This document shows, piece by piece, positions 1-12,271 of a stretch of DNA of 64,000 bases. The stretch covers positions 1 to 64,000 of the forward strand of contig NEEC01000101.1 in assembly GCA_002189035.1 (NCBI GenBank), in the 5' to 3' direction. Source of the DNA: Utricularia gibba. Lineage: Eukaryota; Plantae; Magnoliophyta. Both the position numbers and the translations under genes were made by a program. Each line of letters begins with the position of its first letter. Within the stretch, counting starts at the first letter, position 1. The notes below the pieces were generated by a model. The model was not told where the DNA came from, made no database searches, and saw nothing but the letters and a program-made list of their open reading frames with translations.

Positions 1-77
1 GCTCTCGGGGGGTTTTGGGATTGGGCCAGAGGTCGGGTCGGGCTCACGCCCATAGTCAGTTGTAGCCCGGAAAATAA

Positions 78-392
78 GTGATGCATTTATCAACGTTGGG
101 TTTTCGGCGGCTGCCTAAATGGTTTTTCAAGCAACAGCTTGCCGTTTTAAGGCGGGTGCTGTCGTTGGCAGCTTTGTAAGGGCCCAAGGTTTGGTCTGGC
201 TCCTGAGCCCAATCGGGTCCTACTCGATGAAAATCGTGATGCATTTAATGAAGTTAGGATGTCATGAGCGCCCCAAATGGTTTTCTCAACAACCTGATTT
301 ATATTTGACGAGGTGCTCTAGGCTGGCACTAGTATCGAGCAAATGGTCGAGTCGCGCTCTGGCCCATAGTCATTTGTAGCCCGGCCAAAAAA
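78..392. repeat. Internal ~157-bp sub-repeat: each 314-bp monomer is a diverged dimer
   Basis: GTGATGCATTTA occurs at 78, 236 and 393 (spacing 158 and 157). The two halves share further collinear blocks: GTT.GG, AAATGGTTTT, CAAC, GGTGCT, TGGCA. Confidence 0.85.
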
Positions 393-1618
393 GTGATGCA
401 TTTATTAACGTTGGGTTTTCGGCGGCTGCCTACATGCTTTTTCAAGGAAAAGTTGTCGTTTTTTGGCGGGTGCTGTTGTTGGGAACTTCGTCCGGACCCA
501 AGGTTCGGTCTGACTTCACAGCACAATAGGTCCCATTCGACGAAAATCGTGATACCTTTATTGCTGTTAGGATCTCATGATTACCCAAATGCTTTTTTCA
601 ACAGCATGCTATACACTTGAGAAGGCGCTTTTGTGGGTCACCGAGATCGGCCGGAATTCGGGTCGAGCTCGGGCCCAAAGTCAGCTGTAGCCCGATAAAA
701 GAAGTGATGCATTTATTAACGTTGGGTTGTCGGCGGCTGCCCACATGGTTTTTCAAGCAACAGCTTGCCGTTTTAAGGCGGGTGCTGTCGTTGGCAGCTT
801 TGTAAGGGCCCAAGGTTTGGTCTGGCTCCTGAGCCAATCGGGTCCTACTCGATGAAAATCGTGATGCATTTAATGAAGTTAGGATGTCATGAGCGCCCCA
901 AATGGTTTTCTCAACAACCTGATTTATATTTGACGAGGTGCTCTAGGCTGGCACTAGTATCGAGCAAATGGTCGAGTCGCGCTCTGGCCCATAGTCATTT
1001 GTAGCCCGGCCAAAAAGTGATGCATTTATTAACGTTGGGTTTTCGGCGGCTGCCTACATGCTTTTTCAAGGAAAAGTTGTCGTTTTTTGGCGGGTGCTGT
1101 TGTTGGAACTTCGTCCGGACCCAAGGTTCGGTCTGACTTCACAGCACAATAGGTCCATTCGACGAAAATCGTGATACCTTTATTGAAGTTAGGATCTCAT
1201 GACCGCCCCAAATGCTTTTTTCAACAGCATGCTTTAAACTTGAGAAGGCGCTTTTGTGGGTCACCGAGATCGGGCCGGAATTCAGGTCGGGCTTGGGGGA
1301 CAAAGTCAGCTGTAGCCCGTCAAAAGAAGTGATGCATTTATTAACGTTGGGTTGTCGGCGGCTGCCCACATGGTTTTCAAGCAACAGCTTGCCGTTTTAA
1401 GGCGGGTGCTGTCGTTGGCAGCTTTGTAAGGGCCCAAGGTTTCGGCTCCTGAGCCAATCGGGTCCTACTCGATGAAAATCGTGATGCATTTGCTTTTGTT
1501 AGGATGTCATGAGAACCCAATGGGTTTTCTCCACACTCTACTTTATATTTGAGAAGGCGCTCTCGGGGGGTTTTGGGATTGGGCCAGAGGTCGGGTCGGG
1601 CTCACGCCCATAGTCAGT

Positions 1619-3795
1619 TGTAGCCCGGAAAATAAGTCATGCATTTATCAACGTTGGGTTTTCGGCGGCTGCCTAAATGGTTTTTCAAGCAACAGCTTGC
1701 CGTTTTAAGGCGGGTGCTGTCGTTGGCAGCTTTGTAAGGGCCAAGGTTTGGTCTGGCTCCTGAGCCCAATCGGGTCCTACTCGATGAAAATCGTGATGCA
1801 TTTAATGAAGTTAGGATGTCATGAGCGCCCCAAATGGTTTTCTCAACAACCTGATTTATATTTGACGAGGTGCTCTAGGCTGGCACTAGTATCGAGCAAA
1901 TGGTCGAGTCGCGCTCTGGCCCATAGTCATTTGTAGCCCGGCCAAAAAAGTGATGCATTTATTAACGTTGGGTTTTCGGCGGCTGCCTACATGCTTTTTC
2001 AAGGAAAAGTTGTCGTTTTTTGGCGGGTGCTGTTGTTGGGAACTTCGTCCGGACCCAAGGTTCGGTCTGACTTCACAGCACAATAAGGTCCCATTCGACG
2101 AAAATCGTGATACCTTTATTGCTGTTAGGATCTCATGATTACCCCAAATGCTTTTTTCAACAGCATGCTATACACTTGAGAAGGCGCTTTTGTGGGTCAC
2201 CGAGATCGGCCGGAATTCGGGTCGAGCTCGGGCCCAAAGTCAGCTGTAGCCCGATAAAAGAAGTGATGCATTTATTAACGTTGGGTTGTCGGCGGCTGCC
2301 CACATGGTTTTTCAAGCAACAGCTTGCCGTTTTAAGGCGGGTGCTGTCGTTGGCAGCTTTGTAAGGGCCCAAGGTTTGGTCTGGCTCCTGAGCCCAATCG
2401 GGTCCTACTCGATGAAAATCGTGATGCATTTAATGAAGTTAGGATGTCATGAGCGCCAAAATGGTTTTCTCAACAACCTGATTTTTATTTGACGAGGTGC
2501 TTTAGCTGGCTCTAGTATCGAGCAAATGGTCGAGTCGCGCTCTGGCCCATAGTCATTTGTAGCCCGGAAAAAAGTGATGCATTTATTAACGTTGGGTTTT
2601 CGGCGGCTGCCTACATGCTTTTTCAGAAAAAAGTTGTCGTTTTTTGGCGGGTGCTGTTGTTGGGAACTTCGTCCGGACCCAAGGTTCGGTCTGACTTCAC
2701 AGCACAATAAGGTCCCATTCGACGAAAATCGTGATACCTTTATTGAAGTTAGGATCTCATGAACCCCAAATGCTTTTTTCAACAGCATGCTATACACTTG
2801 AGAAGGCGCTTTTGTGGGTCACCGAGATCGGCCCGGAATTCGGGTCGAGCTCGGGCCCAAAGTCAGCTGTAGCCCGATAAAAGAAGTGATGCATTTATTA
2901 ACGTTGGGTTGTCGGCGGCTGCCCACATGGTTTTTCAAGCAACAGCTTGCCGTTTTAAGGCGGGTGCTGTCGTTGGCAGCTTTGTAAGGGCCCAAGGTTC
3001 GGTCTGGCTCCTGAGCCCAATCGGGTCCTACTCGATGAAAATCGTGATGCATTTAATGAAGTTAGGATGTCATGAGCGCCCCAAATGGTTTTCTCAACAA
3101 CCTGATTTATATTTGACGAGGTGCTCTAGGCTGGCACTAGTATCGAGCAAATGGTCGAGTCGCGCTCTGGCCCATAGTCATTTGTAGCCCGGCCAAAAAA
3201 GTGATGCATTTATTAACGTTGGGTTTTCGGCGGCTGCCTACATGCTTTTTCAAGGAAAAGTTGTCGTTTTTTGGCGGGTGCTGTTGTTGGGAACTTCGTC
3301 CGGACCCAAGGTTCGGTCTGACTTCACAGCACAATAAGGTCCCATTCGACGAAAATCGTGATACCTTTATTGAAGTTAGGATCTCATGACCGCCCCAAAT
3401 GCTTTTTTCAACAGCATGCTTTAAACTTGAGAAGGCGCTTTTGTGGGTCACCGAGATCGGGCCGGAATTCGGTCGAGCTCGGGCCAAAAGTCAGCTGTAG
3501 CCCGTCAAAAGAAGTGATGCATTTATTAACGTTGGGTTGTCGGCGGCTGCCCACATGGTTTTTCAAGCAACAGCTTGCCGTTTTAAGGCGGGTGCTGTCG
3601 TTGGCAGCTTTGTAAGGGCCCAAGGTTCGGCTCTGAGCCCAATCGGGTCCTACTCGATGAAAATCGTGATGCATTTGCTTTTGTTAGGATGTCATGAGAA
3701 CCCAATGGGTTTTCTCCACACTCTACTTTATATTTGAGAAGGCGCTCTCGGGGGTTTGGGATTGGGCCAGAGGTCGGGTCGGGCTCATAGTCAGT
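1619..3795. repeat. 7-mer HOR variant A-(B-C)2-D-E
   Basis: A heads are 2177 bp apart with an extra B/C pair (monomers at ~1932, 2246, 2560, 2868, 3182, 3498). Confidence 0.85.
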
Positions 3796-5309
3796 TGTAG
3801 CCCGGAAAATAAGTGATGCATTTATCAACGTTGGGTTTTCGGCGGCTGCCTAAATGGTTTTTCAAGCAACAGCTTGCCGTTTTAAGGCGGGTGCTGTCGT
3901 TGGCAGCTTTGTAAGGGCCAAGGTTTGGTCTGGCTCCTGAGCCCAATCGGGTCCTACTCGATGAAAATCGTGATGCATTTAATGAAGTTAGGATGTCATG
4001 AGCGCCCCAAATGGTTTTCTCACAACCTGATTTATATTTGACGAGGTGCTCTTGGCACTAGTATCGAGCAAATGGTCGAGTCGCGCTCTGGCCCATAGTC
4101 ATTTGTAGCCCGGCCAAAAAAGTGATGCATTTATTAACGTTGGGTTTTCGGCGGCTGCCTACATGCTTTTTCAAGGAAAAGTTGTCGTTTTTTGGCGGGT
4201 GCTGTTGTTGGGAACTTCGTCCGGACCCAAGGTTCGGTCTGACTTCACAGCACAATAAGGTCCCATTCGACGAAAATCGTGATACCTTTATTGAAGTTAG
4301 GATCTCATGATTACCCCAAATGCTTTTTTCAACAGCATGCTATACACTTGAGAAGGCGCTTTTGTGGGTCACCGAGATCGGCCGGAATTCGGGTCGAGCT
4401 CGGGCCCAAAGTCAGCTGTAGCCCGATAAAAGAAGTGATGCATTTATTAACGTTGGGTTGTCGGCGGCTGCCCACATGGTTTTTCAAGCAACAGCTTGCC
4501 GTTTTAAGGCGGGTGCTGTCGTTGGCAGCTTTGTAAGGGCCCAAGGTTTGGTCTGGCTCCTGAGCCCAATCGGGTCCTACTCGATGAAAATCGTGATGCA
4601 TTTAATGAAGTTAGGATGTCATGAGCGCCCCAAATGGTTTTCTCAACAACCTGATTTATATTTGACGAGGTGCTCTAGGCTGGCACTAGTATCGAGCAAA
4701 TGGTCGAGTCGCGCTCTGGCCCATAGTCATTTGTAGCCCGGCAAAAAAGTGATGCATTTATTAACGTTGGGTTTTCGGCGGCTGCCTACATGCTTTTTCA
4801 AGGAAAAGTTGTCGTTTTTTGGCGGGTGCTGTTGTTGGGAACTTCGTCCGGACCCAAGGTTCGGTCTGACTTCACAGCACAATAAGGTCCCATTCGACGA
4901 AAATCGTGATACCTTTATTGAAGTTAGGATCTCATGACCCCAAATGCTTTTTTCAACAGCATGCTTTAAACTTGAGAAGGCGCTTTTGTGGGTCACCGAG
5001 ATCGGGCCGGAATTCGGGTCGGGCTTGGGGCAAAGTCAGCTGTAGCCCGTCAAAAGAAGTGATGCATTTATTAACGTTGGGTTGTCGGCGGCTGCCCACA
5101 TTTTTCAAGCAACAGCTTGCCGTTTTAAGGCGGGTGCTGTCGTTGGCAGCTTTGTAAGGGCCCAAGGTTCGGCTCTGAGCCCAATCGGGTCCTACTCGAT
5201 GAAAATCGTGATGCATTTGCTTTTGTTAGGATGTCATGAGAACTGGGTTTTCTGAGAAGGCGCTCTCGGGGGGTTGGGATTGGGCCAGAGGTCGGGTCGC
5301 TTAGTCAGT

Positions 5310-7440
5310 TGTAGCCCGGAAAATAAGTCATGCATTTATCAACGTTGGGTTTCGGCGGCTGCCTAAATGGTTTTTCATTGCCGTTTTAAGGCGGGTGCTG
5401 TCGTTGGCAGCTTTGTAAGGGCCCAAGGTTTGGTCTGGCTCCTGAGCCAATCGGGTCCTACTCGATGAAAATCGTGATGCATTTAATGAAGTTAGGATGT
5501 CATGAGCGCCCCAAATGGTTTTCTCAACAACCTGATTTATATTTGACGAGGTGCTCTAGGCTGGCACTAGTATCGAGCAAATGGTCGAGTCGCGCTCTGG
5601 CCCATAGTCATTTGTAGCCGGCCAAAAAAGTGATGCATTTATTAACGTTGGGTTTTCGGCGGCTGCCTACATGCTTTTTCAAGGAAAAGTTGTCGTTTTT
5701 TGGCGGGTGCTGTTGTTGGGAACTTCGTCCGGACCCAAGGTTCGGTCTGACTTCACAGCACAATAAGGTCCCATTCGACGAAAATCGTGATACCTTTATT
5801 GAAGTTAGGATCTCATGCCAAATGCTTTTTTCAACAGCATGCTATACACTTGAGAAGGCGCTTTTGTGGGTCGAGATCGGGCCGGAATTCGGGTCGAGCT
5901 CGGGCCAAAGTCAGCTGTAGCCCGAAAAAGAAGTGATGCATTTATTAACGTTGGGTTGTCGGCGGCTGCCCACATGGTTTTTCAAGCAACAGCTTGCCGT
6001 TTTAAGGCGGGTGCTGTCGTTGGCAGCTTTGTAAGGGCCCAAGGTTTGGTCTGGCTCCTGAGCCCAATCGGGTCCTACTCGATGAAAATCGTGATGCATT
6101 TAATGAAGTTAGGATGTCATGAGCGCCCAAATGGTTTTCTCAACAACCTGATTTTTATTGACGAGGTGCTCTAGGCTGGCACTAGTATCGAGCAAATGGT
6201 CGAGTCGCGCTCTGGCCCATAGTCATTTGTAGCCCGGCCAAAAAAGTGATGCATTTATTAACGTTGGGTTTTCGGCGGCTGCCTACATGCTTTTTCAAGG
6301 AAAAGTTGTCGTTTTTTGGCGGGTGCTGTTGTTGGGAACTTCGTCCGGACCCAAGGTTCGGTCTGACTTCACAGCACAATAAGGTCCCATTCGACGAAAA
6401 TCGTGATACCTTTATTGAAGTTAGGATCTCATGACCCCAAATGCTTTTTTCAACAGCATGCTATACACTTGAGAAGGCGCTTTTGTGGGTCACCGAGATC
6501 GGCCGGAATTCGGGTCGAGCTCGGGCCAAAGTCAGCTGTAGCCCGATAAAAGAAGTGATGCATTTATTAACGTTGGGTTGTCGGCGGCTGCCCACATGGT
6601 TTTTCAAGCAACAGCTTGCCGTTTTAAGGCGGGTGCTGTCGTTGGCAGCTTTGTAAGGGCCCAAGGTTTGGTCTGGCTCCTGAGCCCAATCGGGTCCTAC
6701 TCGATGAAAATCGTGATGCATTTAATGAAGTTAGGATGTCATGAGCGCCCCAAATGGTTTTCTCAACAACCTGATTTATATTTGACGAGGTGCTCTAGGC
6801 TGGCACTAGTATCGAGCAAATGGTCGAGTCGCGCTCTGCCCATAGTCATTTGTAGCCCGGCCAAAAAAGTGATGCATTTATTAACGTTGGGTTTTCGGCG
6901 GCTGCCTACATGCTTTTTCAAGGAAAAGTTGTCGTTTTTTGGCGGGTGCTGTTGTTGGGAACTTCGTCCGGACCCAAGGTTCGGTCTGACTTCACAGCAC
7001 AATAAGGTCCCATTCGACGAAAATCGTGATACCTTTATTGAAGTTAGGATCTCATGACCCCCAAATGCTTTTTTCAACAGCATGCTTTAAACTTGAGAAG
7101 GCGCTTTTGTGGGTCACCGAGATCGGGCCGGAATTCGGTCGAGCTCAAAGTCAGCTGTAGCCCGTCAAAAGAAGTGATGCATTTATTAACGTTGGGTTGT
7201 CGGCGGCTGCCCACATGGTTTTTAAGCAACAGCTTGCCGTTTTAAGGCGGGTGCTGTCGTTGGCAGCTTTGTAAGGGCCAAGGTTCGGCTCCTGAGCCCA
7301 ATCGGGTCCTACTCGATGAAAATCGTGATGCATTTGCTTTTGTTAGGATGTCATGAGAACCCCAATGGTTTTCTCCACACTCTACTTTATATTTGAGAAG
7401 GCGCTATTGGGCAGAGGTCGGGTCGGGCTCAATAGTCAGT
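5310..7440. repeat. 7-mer HOR variant A-(B-C)2-D-E
   Basis: A heads at 5310 and 7441; two B-C pairs precede D-E. Confidence 0.82.
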
Positions 7441-10138
7441 TGTAGCCCGGAAAATAAGTCATGCATTTATCAACGTTGGGTTTTCGGCGGCTGCCTAAAT
7501 GGTTTTTCAAGCAACAGCTTGCCGTTTTAAGGCGGGTGCTGTCGTTGGCAGCTTTGTAAGGGCCCAAGGTTTGGTCTGGCTCCTGAGCCCAATCGGGTCC
7601 TACTCGATGAAAATCGTGATGCATTTAATGAAGTTAGGATGTCATGAGCGCCCCAAATGGTTTTCTCAACAACCTGATTTTATTTGACGAGGTGCTCTAG
7701 CTGGCACTAGTATCGAGCAAATGGTCGAGTCGCGCTCTGGCCCATAGTCATTTGTAGCCCGGCCAAAAAAGTGATGCATTTATTAACGTTGGGTTTTCGG
7801 CGGCTGCCTACATGCTTTTTCAAGGAAAAGTTGTCGTTTTTTGGCGGGTGCTGTTGTTGGGAACTTCGTCCGGACCCAAGGTTCGGTCTGACTTCACAGC
7901 ACAATAAGGTCCCATTCGACGAAAATCGTGATACCTTTATTGAAGTTAGGATCTCATGATTACCCCAAATGCTTTTTTCAACAGCATGCTATACACTTGA
8001 GAAGGCGCTTTTGTGGGTCACCGAGATCGGCCCGGAATTCGGGTCGAGCTCGGCCCAAAGTCAGCTGTAGCCCGAAAAAGAAGTGATGCATTTATTAACG
8101 TTGGGTTGTCGGCGGCTGCCCACATGGTTTTTCAAGCAACAGCTTGCCGTTTTAAGGCGGGTGCTGTCGTTGGCAGCTTTGTAAGGGCCCAAGGTTTGGT
8201 CTGGCTCCTGAGCCCAATCGGGTCCTACTCGATGAAAATCGTGATGCATTTAATGAAGTTAGGATGTCATGAGCGCCCAAATGGTTTTCTCAACAACCTG
8301 ATTTATATTTGACGAGGTGCTCTAGCTGGCACTAGTATCGAGCAAATGGTCGAGTCGCGCTCTGGCCCATAGTCATTTGTAGCCCGGCCAAAAAAGTGAT
8401 GCATTTATTAACGTTGGGTTTTCGGCGGCTGCCTACATGCTTTTTCAAGGAAAAGTTGTCGTTTTTTGGCGGGTGCTGTTGTTGGGAACTTCGTCCGGAC
8501 CCAAGGTTCGGTCTGACTTCACAGCACAATAAGGTCCCATTCGACGAAAATCGTGATACCTTTATTGAGTTAGGATCTCATGACCACCCAAATGCTTTTT
8601 TCAACAGCATGCTATACACTTGAGAAGGCGCTTTTGTGGGTCACCGAGATCGGGCCGGAATTCGGGTCGGCTCGGGCCAAAGTCAGCTGTAGCCGAAAAA
8701 GAAGTGATGCATTTATTAACGTTGGGTTGGCGGCTGCCCACATGGTTTTTCAAGCAACAGCTTGCCGTTTTAAGGCGGGTGCTGTCGTTGGCAGCTTTGT
8801 AAGGGCCCAAGGTTTGGTCTGGCTCCTGAGCCAATCGGGTCCTACTCGATGAAAATCGTGATGCATTTAATGAAGTTAGGATGTCATGAGCGCCCCAAAT
8901 GGTTTTCTCAACAACCTGATTTATATTTGACGAGGTGCTCTAGGCTGGCACTAGTATCGAGCAAATGGTCGAGTCGCGCTCTGGCCCATAGTCATTTGTA
9001 GCCCGGCAAAAAAGTGATGCATTTATTAACGTTGGGTTTTCGGCGGCTGCCTACATGCTTTTTCAAGGAAAAGTTGTCGTTTTTTGGCGGGTGCTGTTGT
9101 TGGGAACTTCGTCCGGACCCAAGGTTCGGTCTGACTTCACAGCACAATAAGGTCCCATTCGACGAAAATCGTGATACCTTTATTGAAGTTAGGATCTCAT
9201 GACCCAAATGCTTTTTTCAACAGCATGCTATAACTTGAGAAGGCGCTTTTGTGGGTCACCGAGATCGGCCGGAATTCGGGTCGAGCTCGGGCCCAAAGTC
9301 AGCTGTAGCCCGATAAAAAAGTGATGCATTTATTAACGTTGGGTTGTCGGCGGCTGCCCACATGGTTTTTCAAGCAACAGCTTGCCGTTTTAAGGCGGGT
9401 GCTGTCGTTGGCAGCTTTGTAAGGGCCCAAGGTTTGGTCTGGCTCCTGAGCCCAATCGGGTCCTACTCGATGAAAATCGTGATGCATTTAATGAAGTTAG
9501 GATGTCATGAGCGCCCCAAATGGTTTTCTCAACAACCTGATTTATATTTGACGAGGTGCTCTAGGCTGGCACTAGTATCGAGCAAATGGTCGAGTCGCGC
9601 TCTGGCCCATAGTCATTTGTAGCCCGGCCAAAAAAGTGATGCATTTATTAACGTTGGGTTTTCGGCGGCTGCCTACATGCTTTTCAAGGAAAGTTGTCGT
9701 TTTTTGGCGGGTGCTGTTGTTGGGAACTTCGTCCGGACCCAAGGTTCGGTCTGACTTCACAGCACAATAAGGTCCCATTCGACGAAAATCGTGATACCTT
9801 TATTGAAGTTAGGATCTCATGACCGCCCCAAATGCTTTTTTCAAGCATGCTTTAAACTTGAGAAGGCGCTTTTGTGGGTCACCGAGATCGGGCCGGAATT
9901 CGGTCGGGCTTGGGGCAAAGTCAGCTGTAGCCCGTCAAAAGAAGTGATGCATTTATTAACGTTGGGTTGTCGGCGGCTGCCCACATGGTTTTAAGCAACA
10001 GCTTGCCGTTTAAGGCGGGTGCTGTCGTTGGCAGCTTTGTAAGGGCCCAAGGTTCGGTCTGAGCCCAAACTTGAAAATCGTGATGCATTTAGGATGTCAT
10101 TGGGTTGAGAAGGCGCTCTCGATTGGTCGGAGGTCAGT
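7441..10138. repeat. 9-mer HOR variant A-(B-C)3-D-E
   Basis: A heads at 7441 and ~10139; three B-C pairs (~7752/8066, ~8378/8688, ~8996/9305), then D (~9617) and a partly deleted E (~9927). Confidence 0.8.
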
Positions 10139-12271
10139 TGTAGCCCGGAAATAAGTCATGCATTTGTTGGTTTTCGGCGGCTGCCTAAATGGTTTTTCAA
10201 GCAACAGCTTGCCGTTTTAAGGCGGGTGCTGTCGTTGGCTTTGTAAGGGCCCAAGGTTTGGTCTGGCTCCTGAGCCCAATCGGGTCCTACTCGATGAAAA
10301 TCGTGATGCATTTAATGAAGTTAGGATGTCATGAGCGCCCCAAATGGTTTTCTCAACAACCTGATTTATATTTGACGAGGTGCTCTAGGCTGGCACTAGT
10401 ATCGAGCAAATGGTCGAGTCGCGCTCTGGCCCATAGTCATTTGTAGCCCGGCCAAAAAAGTGATGCATTTATTAACGTTGGGTTTTCGGCGGCTGCCTAC
10501 ATGCTTTTTCAAGGAAAAGTTGTCGTTTTTTGGCGGGTGCTGTTGTTGGGAACTTCGTCCGGACCCAAGGTTCGGTCTGACTTCACAGCACAATAAGGTC
10601 CCATTCGACGAAAATCGTGATACCTTTATTGCTGTTAGGATCTCATGATTACCCAAATGCTTTTTTCAACAGCATGCTATACACTTGAGAAGGCGCTTTT
10701 GTGGGTCACCGAGATCGGGCCGGAATTCGGGTCGAGCTCGGGCCCAAAGTCAGCTGTAGCCCGATAAAAGAAGTGATGCATTTATTAACGTTGGGTTGTC
10801 GGCGGCTGCCCACATGGTTTTTCAAGCAACAGCTTTGCCGTTTTAAGGCGGGTGCTGTCGTTGGCAGCTTTGTAAGGGCCCAAGGTTTGGTCTGGCTCCT
10901 GAGCCCAATCGGGTCCTACTCGATGAAAATCGTGATGCATTTAATGAAGTTAGGATGTCATGAGCGCCCCAAATGGTTTTCTCAACAACCTGATTTTTAT
11001 TCGACGAGGTGCTTTAGGCTGGCTCTAGTATCGAGCAAATGGTCGAGTCGCGCTCTGGCCCATAGTCATTTGTAGCCCGGCAAAAAAGTGATGCATTTAT
11101 TAACGTTGGGTTTTCGGCGGCTGCCTACATGCTTTTTGGAAAAGTTGTCGTTTTTTGGCGGGTGCTGTTGTTGGGAACTTCGTCCGGACCCAAGGTTCGG
11201 TCTGACTTCACAGCACAATAAGGTCCCATTCGACGAAAATCGTGATACCTTTATTGAAGTTAGGATCTCATGAACCCAAATGCTTTTTTCAACAGCATGC
11301 TATACACTTGAGAAGCGCTTTTGTGGGTCACCGAGATCGGGCCGGAATTCGGGTCGGGCTTGGGGACAAAGTCAGCTGTAGCCCGTCAAAAGAAGTGATG
11401 CATTTATTAACGTTGGGTTGTCGGCGGCTGCCCACATGGTTTTTCAAGCAACAGCTTGCCGTTTTAAGGCGGGTGCTGTCGTTGGCAGCTTTGTAAGGGC
11501 CCAAGGTTTGGTCTGGCTCCTGAGCCCAATCGGTCCTACTCGATGAAAATCGTGATGCATTTAATGAAGTTAGGATGTCATGAGCGCCCAAATGGTTTTC
11601 TCAACAACCTGATTTATATTTGACGAGGTGCTCTAGGCTGGCACTAGTATCGAGCAAATGGTCGAGTCGCGCTCTGGCCCATAGTCATTTGTAGCCCGGC
11701 CAAAAAAGTGATGCATTTATTAACGTTGGGTTTTCGGCGGCTGCCTACATGCTTTTTGAAGCAAAAGTTGTCGTTTTTTGGCGGGTGCTGTTGTTGGGAA
11801 CTTCGTCCGGACCAAGGTTCGGTCTGACTTCACAGCACAATAAGGTCCCATTCGACGAAAATCGTGATACCTTTATTGAAGTTAGGATCTCATGACCGCC
11901 CCAAATGCTTTTTTCAACAGCATGCTTTAAACTTGAGAAGGCGCTTTTGTGGGTCACGAGATCGGGCCGGAATTCGGTCGGGCTTGGGGACAAAGTCAGC
12001 TGTAGCCCGTCAAAAGAAGTGATGCATTTATTAACGTTGGCTTGTCGGCGGCTGCCCACATGGTTTTTAAGCAACAGCTTGCCGTTTTAAGGCGGGTGCT
12101 GTCGTTGGCAGCTTTGTAAGGGCCCAAGGTTCGGTCTGGCTCCTGAGCCCAATCGGGTCCTACTCGATGAAAATCGTGATGCATTTGCTTTTGTTAGGAT
12201 GTCATGAGAACCCCAATGGGTGAGAAGGCGCTCTCGCCAGAGGTCGGGTCGGGCTCACGCCCATAGTCAGT
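10139..12271. repeat. 7-mer HOR variant containing hybrid monomers
   Basis: A, B, C, a B/D hybrid (~11071), an E-head/A-tail hybrid (11377), then D and E. Confidence 0.78.
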
